Positions 11,001-22,872 of a stretch of DNA of 27,464 nucleotides are shown here, in pieces. The stretch comes from Paraspadella gotoi (lineage: Eukaryota; Animalia; Chaetognatha): assembly GCA_051294375.1 (NCBI GenBank), contig CM119266.1:8712177-8739640 (forward strand), given 5' to 3'. Numbering within the stretch: position 1 is the stretch's first letter; every line of letters starts with the position of its first letter. Position numbers and translations under genes: made by a program. The notes below the pieces were generated by a model. The model saw only the letters and a list, made by a program, of their open reading frames with translations, was not told the DNA's origin and ran no database searches.

Positions 11001-12697
11001 CATCGCTCCGCCCACCAACGTCTCTCTCGACGTTGAAGGCGCCTTTAAGAAAAGGAAGGCGCCATCCGGGGCAGAGGGCGCGTCCTCTAGAGGAGGATCA
11101 GGGGCAGAGGGCGCGTCCTCTGCCGGGAAGAGGAAGAGGACGGCGCAGACGACGAAGACGACGACCAAAACGACGACGACGAAGACGAAGAAGAGGAAAA
11201 GAAGTCGTCGAGACAGTTTCGCAGTTTACATCTACAGGGTGAGTGAAAAAGGAGCCGAGTTGTTAATACAGGGTAAGAGGTTTGGTGGGAAATATAAGGC
11301 GACAGTATATGACGTTAGAAGCAGTAAGGTCTAGAAAAAAATGTTGAGGGAAAACAGGAGGAAATACTATAATATTTTTACTTTTTGCCTTATTTTTTCA
11401 ATGTTTAACAAACTGCTTTTTTCTTGCTCTTGTTTTTTTAGGTCGCTCGTATTCCCGACCGATCGCTTTGTCACTGTGCTTGTAGATATTAAACATTAAA
11501 CTAATCCATCATTGGTATTAATTATTGTGTAAGTTTTTTTACAAAAATGTTCCGAACCATGAGTAATTCGCTAATTAATATTATTATATTGCTATATAAT
11601 GTCAAAAATTTTTTTTGATATTTTAAGTTTTTTTAATTGATTCTGATAAAGCTTAAAAAGTTAAGCAAAAAATATAATTACAACTTTTTAAAATTTTGAT
11701 GTTTTATTACTAAAAATTAGTAAAAACTGCTAAAATCATCGGATGATGATGATGATGATGATTTTTTAAGGTTTTTCTCAATTTAAACCCACTTATCATC
11801 AAAATATTGAAAAAAGAATTATACTTTGTGTAGATAACTTTTCATAAGCTATTTGAATCTGCTTTTAAAAATAAAAAATTCCCAAAAAAATTTTGACATT
11901 TCCTATCTATAAATAAATATTAAAAAATTAATTACTAATGCTTCTTACCATTTTAGAAAATTTTGCTCCTTTGAAAGTTTTCTCAGAAATGTATGGAGTT
12001 TCATTTGGAAAGGTTCCCAAATCAAACTTCTGACCCACCCCATTGACGAAGTTTGGTTCTATTGTCGATTAGCCCGATTGTCGCCAAAAATCTCTCGACT
12101 TGTTGACCTTTTGTCTCCTCTCAGGTTCTCCGCCAAATCTTCCCCCAACCCTCCGTCGCCATCTCCTCCAACGCGATGAAGATCCTCGACTCTTTCGTCC
12201 GCGACATCATGCAGAGAATCTCCTCCGAGGCGGCCGGGCTGGCCAAGAGGTGGGTGGCAAAGGGATGCAGTTGAACAGCGACTGGCCTTTGGGTCAACTT
12301 GGAAGTATATTTGTACGTGGTACCTAAATGAGAACGGCAAGGAGCCATGATATGAGTTGGCAAGGAAAGAAGATTCCTCTAATAAATGAATAGTTATGGT
12401 ATGGTCCCCTTGTTTAAAGAAGCGTAATAATGGCTCCTTTGTACTTTGAAATAAATTGCTAAAATTTTTTTGTTTTTTAAATTTCAAACTTCGTTTTGTT
12501 TTCAATTTGCCTTGCTCGTTTTTCTCATTCGTTAATTTTGTTTTTATTTTCAAAAATTGTCCCTCAGAAACGGAAAACGAACTCTTACCAGTCGCGAAGT
12601 CCAAACTGCGGTGAGGCTCCTTCTGCCGGGAGAGTTGGCCAAACACGCCGTCAGTGAAGGCACGAAGGCCGTCACCAAATTCACGGCAAGCGGATGA
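9181..12697 (+). CDS. EF-hand (x4) - histone H2B fusion protein, 300 aa, six exons
   Basis: Exons 9181-9307, 9708-9823, 10447-10583, 10971-11238, 12125-12249, 12568-12697 (127+116+137+268+125+130 = 903 nt). All introns are GT-AG, intron phases 1,0,2,0,2 match, and no frameshift is needed. EF loops: [49 protein letters not shown]2B part: [101 protein letters not shown]. Confidence 0.9.
10584..10620 (+). repeat. (GTT)n microsatellite starting at a splice donor
   Basis: About 12 GTT copies beginning with the intron GT. Confidence 0.9.
11188..12697 (+). CDS. H2B: Histone H2B fold (C-terminal part of the fusion gene), split by two introns
   Basis: Near-canonical H2B C-terminus [29 protein letters not shown] in exon 12568-12697. 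Helix 1/2 region in 12125-12249. KKRKRSR basic region in exon 4. Confidence 0.96.
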
Positions 12698-13144
12698 GGA
12701 GGAGGAGGAGGAGGAGGAGGAGGAGAAAGAAGAGGAGGAGGAGAAGTCGTTTTCAGTCGTCATCATCATCGTCAGAACTTTTGACAATGATGACAACTGA
12801 CAAAAACAATTAGGACATTGTCATACTCGCTTTACCATCAAAAGAAAAGGAAGAATCGCTGAAACTCATTACTCAATCTTCATATGTGGCGCTTATTTTA
12901 TGCTAAATCATTTATCAAAAAAGCGTATTAAGTTTTAAAGCGACTACAGTCTGTTTTTCATTTTAGTTTGTTTGCAAAGCGTTAGGGAGCAGAATCTTTG
13001 CTATTCACATAGCTCGCTTATTTTTATTACTTTTTCAACTACCTTTCACTCTCCCACTTTCTGTCTCTCATTCTATCCTCGTTTAAGTTTAAAACCTGTG
13101 AAGAGATCGAGAAATTTTGAGTTCGAGGCTGAGGAGTGAATGAT

Positions 13145-13145
13145 G

Positions 13146-13178
<33 letters not shown>

Positions 13179-13180
13179 AG

Positions 13181-13249
<69 letters not shown>

Positions 13250-13270
13250 AGAAGAGAGGAGAGAGAGAGA
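13145..13270 (+). repeat. (GA)n microsatellite upstream of the PPPDE-like gene
   Basis: Directly visible interrupted GA repeat. Confidence 0.95.
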
Positions 13271-13375
13271 CGAAGCGGGTTTTCGTTGACTCTCAATTTA
13301 CAGAGTTTCAATGTTTTCTTTGCTCGATTTTTCTAGTTTTTGATAACAAAATCCAAAAATTTAAAAAAAGTTTCG

Positions 13376-15734
<2,359 letters not shown>

Positions 15735-16994
15735 GATGTATGTGTGGGGTTGGGGGTAGAGAGAGGGAAGGTTAAAAGGCCAAGGTTAAAGGCCAAGGTT
15801 ATAGGCCAAGCTCAGGGTCATGTTTAGGGGGTTCTAAGGACTGCGTGATGGGCTATATAGCAGAGAGGAAGTTTTTTTCGTTTTTTTCTGTTTGAGATAC
15901 GGGTCGAGGAGGACTTGGAGAAATTAAGGCCGTAGCGAAGACGAGCAGTTGAGGGACAAAGTTGAGGGACAAAGTCTGCGCTAACTCTGGATTAAATTTT
16001 TAATTTTGCTCTGTTTATAATTAAATTAGGAGTAGAGTGGGAAACTTCTGCTTAACATAGATCATTTTGCTGCATAATATCACTGAGTCGCGAATAAATA
16101 TTTTTTTATCATTTTGAGGAAAAGTATAATATTTAAAAATATTCCCATTTTACTTTTATAAATATAGTGTTGGATTCTCGATTAAGTCAGTCTCGGCTGT
16201 ATAAATGGTAATGTAATCCAAGTTGGTGAATCTTTTTTCATTTTCGGTTCCACAAAAAAATTTTTGTTGGTCATAATCTCACTTCACTGTTGTTTTTGTT
16301 GCTTGCATCTTCGCCTCAAACCTTTTTGGTAGTTCGCATTTGTTAGCACATAGCATTTTATTGCTGATCGTACAAAATCTCTTCGCTTTTATTGATTGCA
16401 TCGTTCTTTTTATTTTTTGAAGAATACAAATTGTTTTTTGTAAGAATTCGAAGATTTATTTAGCAAACCTTTTTTTCTCAACTTTGAACGCGGTGTAAAA
16501 TATACTAGACTCTTTACTATTAGTTAAAATTAGAATAAAGTACAAAGTATCTTTCCAGATTTACTCAACCGATCAATGAGCAGAAAGAAGCTTCGTGTCT
16601 TTTGTTTCCGATTAAAGTCTTAACTCGACAAAAGTTTCGCTCCTGAACTGAACGACGACAACAACAACAGAGCAACAGCTGATTCAGTCGTCTGGATATC
16701 TTCACTCTTTATTTTGTCTTCAATGATGGGATAAAAGACGTGATTAATCAATAAGGGAAAACCAAATTAATTTGGATATAAGAAAGACATAGCACATTTA
16801 CCATCCCACCTCTCCTTCGGGGGCAAAACTCTCCTTCAGTCTTTGTGTCTTACAATTGATTCTTCAATGAAAATCGATTTTAAAATCCTTAACTAAAGAC
16901 TAAAAAAATGTAGTTAATAATCTGGTCTAATTCGATGGTATTAAATCGCAAAACACTCGTAATCCTTTTACCCAATTAGCACAGAGCGCTTCTA

Positions 16995-17145
16995 AATCTT
17001 CTTTGGCCGGCTTCCGCCTCCGCCGGGTTGAACCGGCCCGGCCTCCCTTGGCCTCCCTTCGGCCAGTGTATTGGCTTAGCCGTGGATCGAAACCGGGGCT
17101 CCCGGTTGGTGCCGGTGCGTTAGCTAAATGAGTCATCGGGCAACC
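16995..17145 (-). mobile_element. Putative tRNA-derived SINE or Pol III element
   Basis: Minus strand reads GCCCGATGACTCATTTAGCTAACGCACCGGCACCAACCGGGAGCCCCGGTTTCGATCCACGG: A-box-like TGACTCATTTAG, CCGG-loop-CCGG stem and B-box-like GGTTTCGATCC, followed by a GC-rich body. It is a GC island in AT-rich intergenic DNA. No proper acceptor stem is evident. Confidence 0.45.
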
Positions 17146-17384
17146 ACGGATTGAGTCGATTTATCACTCATGACTCAGTCGATCCTTTGATACGTTTTGC
17201 TAGTGAGAAATGATCACGACTAAATATTTATTTTTATCTATTTCGAAGTGACAAAGTTCAAAAAAATCAAAAATCAACGATAAGAAGTCGAAACTATAAA
17301 ACTCAAAGAAACTGAAAAAAGAAAGCAAAGTTAAAATCTCGCCTGCCTTCGAAAGCGTCGTAGCTGCGAGCAAAACACCCTCTG

Positions 17385-17488
<104 letters not shown>

Positions 17489-18759
17489 ATGGCCTCTCGT
17501 GGTCGAACGCCTCGTCGGCAACGCGGCGCTCCCTTCGGCGGCAACGTGGATCGGGGCCTCATGTTCGGCGACGACGGCGGCGTCGATCGCGGCGCCCGTG
17601 TCGGGCGCGGCGTCGGTCGCGGCGTCGGTCAGGGCGTCGGCGCCGTCTTCCAACGCCCATTCGACGACGCCATTCATCCGGCGACGCTGAAGCAAGCGAG
17701 GAAGAGCGGGCAGCTTAATCTCTCCAATAAAGTGAGTTTATGGATTGGTTTCCAATCAATTATTCAATCAATCATTCAATCAATCTATCAATGTGGCAGC
17801 CAATCAATCAACCAATCATTGTGGCCGCCAACCATTCAATGTGGCAATCAGTCAATCAATGTGGCAATGAATCAATCTGACTGACATTCAATCAATTTAG
17901 GAAATCAATCAAAGGGTCAATCAATTGATAAATCAAACTGTCGATCAATCAAAAAAATCGATGAATAAAAAATGAAGTAATCTAACCAACAAACGAACGA
18001 TAAAGCTATTAATATTATTTACATTGGTCATTCAGTTATCATATCAATCAATAAATAAATCAGTTATGAACTTAATCATTAATCAAATTCTCTCCTAGGG
18101 CTTCACCACAGTTCCTTCTTCAGTCTGGCGAATCAACCTCGATGTCCCTGAATCTTCGAATCCGAACGTCGCTGGTTCATTCGACGCTCAGGGCGAAGAC
18201 AGGTGGTGGGAACAGGTGGGTGAGATGGGAGGTGGTTGTGGGAACAGGTGGGTGATATGGGAATGGGTGACAGTGGTGGCAAATGGTGGGTGAGATGGTA
18301 AGTGGTTGTGGGAACAGGTGGTGGATGGAATCCCTGGTGGGAACAGGTGGGACAGATGGAAATCAGTGGTGAGAAAAGGGTAGGTTTGATTGGAACTCAT
18401 GCGGAAAACAGCTGGGTCTCGTAGTAATTGGTTGTAGGGAGCAGGAGGGTAAGATGGTAAGTACTGGTGGAAAGGTGAGTTTTAATGGGAATTGCAGGTG
18501 GGAAAGGGTGAGTTTGATGTCATGGTAGAACAGGTGGGTCTTATGGGAATTTGGTTAACACGAATAATAGGTGGGTATAGTAGAAATAGATGAGTTTGAT
18601 GGAAACTCGACTTTTTTTGTGTGGGGAAAATATCATTGAAAGCGCTGGATCGAAAATACTCGGTCACCCATGCAAGACTCCTAAAATCACAGACCGATTT
18701 TGCCCTTGAGCGTCGCTTTATAGCTTAAAAGTCGAGAGAGAGAGATGAGAGAGAGATAG

Positions 18760-18798
<39 letters not shown>

Positions 18799-21700
18799 AA
18801 GATTCGACTGCTCTCAAATGTCGCAGGGGTGTTTAAAATTAAAAAAAATATCCGGGTCACGAAATGCATATAATTTTCGTCGTAATTTTAATGAAATAAA
18901 TATTAAATTAAAACACGTGGCTCCTGTGATGCTTTTGGATTTCTTTTTTTCAGAGCTCTATGGCGGATCTAGTGAAATTGATGGTACCTTTGTTTTTATC
19001 TCTTCTCTTATGGCGAAATTGAAATTCATTTGTATCTCAACTTTTGTTTCTATTTCAATTCCGCAGGTGATCTGGCGAAAACTCATTCTCGCCTCGAATC
19101 AATCACGGAAATTTTCTTCCGAATCAAACTTCTTCCGGCATCACTGTTCTGGACGTAAATAAGGAGCTCTGATAGGAAAATACCGTGAAATTAATGAAAT
19201 TAAAATGTTATGGAAAAGGTGTGAAGAATACTTAGAAATGCCAGATGATGATGCAAGAAAACGGATAATGTGAAAAATTTTGCGAATATTTAAAAATGTA
19301 GGACACGAGGGGCTGGACATGAAGCGCAGATAAAAATAAGAGATTGAATGTGTTGCTGAGATGCTGTGGCCATGCTGCAGAAATACTAAAAAAAGTTATG
19401 GTTTTTTACAATTTCTCGCCAGGTTCACGACAACGCCCTCTCGTCTCTCCCGCCGGAAATCGGCGAACTCGTTCACCTCCAGCGCCCCACGCGTCGCACA
19501 ACAAAATACATCGCTGCCGACGGAGATGACGAGATGCGTCGAGTTGAGAGTCTTCATCTGGTCACAATGAGTTGGAGGAGTTGCCGGGGGATATTGGTGA
19601 GGGATAGGGGGAGAGGGAGGAGAGAGATACAGCGAGATAAAAACTGAAAGACAGAAACAAAGACATATGAATACTAGCAGAATCGCTGTTCCTTTTAGTG
19701 CATGCCATAGGTCGAATTCATAACACTTAAATACGTGTTAGTCGTGATCGTTGTAGTTTTTCCCCACGGTCGATTCTTATCCGCGTGGTTTGAGCGTTAA
19801 TCGTCACCTTCTACTTTGGCGCCTTTTCAATTTCCTTTTTCTTTTTTTTTTTGTTTTTTTTTTAAATTTTTTTAATTTCCTTTCCTCGTGCTAAATGATC
19901 GATGCTTCTGGTTACACATTTTTTTTCCTCGATCCGTTTCCTCACTCGGATATATTTAGTGTGAAAATCTCGCTTTAAAACACGTGTATTTTTTATATCG
20001 TATGTCTTTTGTTTGCAAATTTCTTGATCTTCGAACTGCAGATCGCGAGCGACATCTGTTGTACAATAAAGAAATTAAAGCGAGGCCTTTTGTTTTACTG
20101 AGAACACACAATTCTAGGAAAAGAAAAACGACAAAATAACTTACTAATGATTTTAATTAAATAAAAAAATCAATATTATTTTTTTTTTAAGGCGAACTAA
20201 ATCTGTTAGAGGAATTTCGCATCGATCACAATAGCCTCACGTCTCTTCCTTCGTCCATCGGATTTTGACTCGAGTACAGAAACCGATGTCTCCTACAATA
20301 AACTGACTAAGCTCTCTCCAGGTAAGGAATGAATGAATGAATGAATGAATGAATGAAATGAATGAATGAATGGTGGATTAATGATGAAAGAAAATGATTT
20401 ATTTAATTAATACATATGGGTAAAAGCAATAACAATTCTTTTATGGCGTGTTATCGGGTACAGGAAAACCTGAATTTGTATCAATTGACTTTTTACTCTG
20501 TTTTTACTTACTACACTCGAATAGAAAGGTAAGGAAGCAAATATTTTTTCTCCAAATTGAAAAAAAAAATGTAAATCTTTCTAAAAATCTAAGTCTTTCC
20601 TACTTTCGACTCCCAAGTTCGCAGTCAGTCTGTCCGTCCGCCAGGCTTATTTCTCTTTTCTTGATACGAATCTCCAGATGATCAAAGTTTCAGTTGTTCG
20701 ATGTTCCATCGTCTCAAATAGTCGATCTCCTAGCGTCGATTTCTCTCCACTTTAATCAGTTGATGGAATCAGGAATCTTCTTCCATCTTTTCCTCCAATT
20801 TCTGTCTTCTCAGGATGTTGACTCTTGACTTTGCAAATTCTCTTTTTCCTTTCCGTCTGATGTTGACTTGTCTGTCTTACAGATTCATTTGCTTCTCTTG
20901 TTGCCGACGCGCCTTGTCAGAAGCCCTTTCGCAGATTGCTTTCGTATGATTATAATCAAGTCAACCTACATAGTTTTCAGGTTCAAGTTGTCCCGTTCCG
21001 TTATAGAATTTCGTTGCGTGGATTCTCTTTCAATCTGTTTTAATTCCTCTCTCCTTTTCTTTCCTCATCTTTCTATTTTCTTTCCCCTTCACCTGCCATA
21101 CACTTTATTTTCGGATCTCGTTTAACCGTTCAATGTCCTTTTCTTTCAACTCCCTTTTTCTAATCTCTTAACTTTCCATTCTCTGTCTCTTTCAAACTGC
21201 TCATCGTTCCAATCCCTTCGTTTCGCCATCTCTTTATAAATTTATTTTCTTCCTTCCTTCTTTTTTCTTACATTTTTACAATCCACTCTCCATCTCTTTT
21301 TTTTAACACCTTCCTTATCCCCCTTTCCCTTATCCCCCTTCCCTTTCCCCCTTTCCCTTATCCCCTTACCCTTTTACCCCTTTCCTTCTCCTTCCCTTTC
21401 CCCCTTTCCTTACCCCCTCCCTTACCCCTTTACCTTACCCCTTCCTTACCCCTTCCCTTTCCCCCTTTTCCTTACCCCCCCCCTTTCCCCCTTTCCCTTC
21501 CCCTTTCCTTACCCCCTTCCCTTTCCCCTTTCCCATACCCCCTTCCTTTCCCTTACCCCTTCCCTTTCCCCTTTCCCTTACCCCCTTCTCTTTCCCTTTC
21601 CCTTACCCCTTCCGTTTTCTCCGTTCCCTTACCCCTTCTCTTTCCCTTTCCCTTACCCCCTTCCGTTTCCCCCGTTTCCCTACCACCTTCCCTTTCCCCC

Positions 21701-22833
21701 TTTCCCCTTACCCCCTTCCGCCTTTCCCCCTTTCCTTACCCCCTTCCATTTCCCTTACCCTCTTCCCTTTCCCCTTTCCCTACCCCTTGCGTTTCCCCGT
21801 TCCTTACCCCCTCTCTTCCCCTTTCCCTTACCCCTTCCGTTTCCCCGTTTCCTTACCACCTTCTCTTTCCCCTTTCCCTTCCCCCTTCCCTTTCCCTCTT
21901 TTCCTTACACCCTTCCTTTTCCCCTTTCCCTTACCCCCCTTCCCTTTCCTCTTTCCTTACACCTCTTCATTACCCCCTTCCCTTACCCCCCTTTCCCTTA
22001 CCCCCATCCTATTCCCAATCTCTCTCCCCCCCTCTCTCCCCCTCCTCTTTCCAGAATTGAGCTGCATGGATTCCCTCCAATCTCTCGAGGTAAACTCAAC
22101 GCCTTAACTTCTCTCGCCCGAAATCCAACTTCTTCCAAACTTCGAATCTCAACGCGAGGGACAATAACATCGATGATTTGCCTGAAGGAATCGGGGAGCT
22201 CAAGATGTTGAAGGAGCTGATGCTGGGTGAGGAGTCGATCGGACAATCAAACAATCGATCAATCAATCAGACAATCAGTGATCGATTAGAAAATCATTCG
22301 GTCAAACAATGAACAAACAATAAATCAACAAATAGNNNNNNNNNNNNNNNNNNNNNNNNNTGAGGTGGGAATCGTTGGTGGCAACAGGTGGGTGAGATGG
22401 AATCCCTGGTGGGAACAGGTGGGTCAGATGGAAATCAGTGGTGAGAAAGGGTAGGTTTGATTGGAACTCATGGCGGAAACAGCTGGGTCTCGTAGTAATT
22501 GGTTGTAGGAGCAGGTGGGTAAGATGGTAAGTGCTGGTGGGAAAGGGTGGGTTTAATGGGAATTGCAGGTGGGAAAGGGTTGAGTTTGATGTCATGGTAG
22601 GAACATGTGGGTCTTATGGGAATTTGGTTAAGACGAAATAACAAGTGGGTATAGTAGAAATAGATGAGTTTGATGGAAACTCGACTTTTTTTGTGTGGGG
22701 AAAATATCATTGAAAGCGCTGGATCGAAAATACTCGGTCACCCATGCAAGACTCCTAAAATCACAGACCGATTTTGCCCTTGAGCGTCGCTTTATAGCTT
22801 AAAAGTCGAGAGAGAGAGATGAGAGAGAGATAG

Positions 22834-22872
<39 letters not shown>

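Noticed and set aside
10990-12697. Stand-alone H2B gene starting at the Met in exon 4 (ATG near 10993)
   Set aside because: This Met lies in the exiting helix of EF4, downstream of a phase-matched acceptor (10970) that completes the EF4 loop. The EF exons have no other way to end with an intact fourth hand. A short isoform cannot be fully excluded.
12059-12796. 245-aa minus-strand ORF, the longest non-gap ORF in the track
   Set aside because: Antisense shadow of H2B exons 5-6 plus the intron and the (GGA)n tract. No recognisable domain, and the + strand explains the region.
17060-17145. Functional tRNA gene (including tRNA-Sec, since it starts GCCCGATGA)
   Set aside because: No complementary acceptor stem, no 7-nt anticodon loop and no long variable arm; better explained as a tRNA-derived relic.
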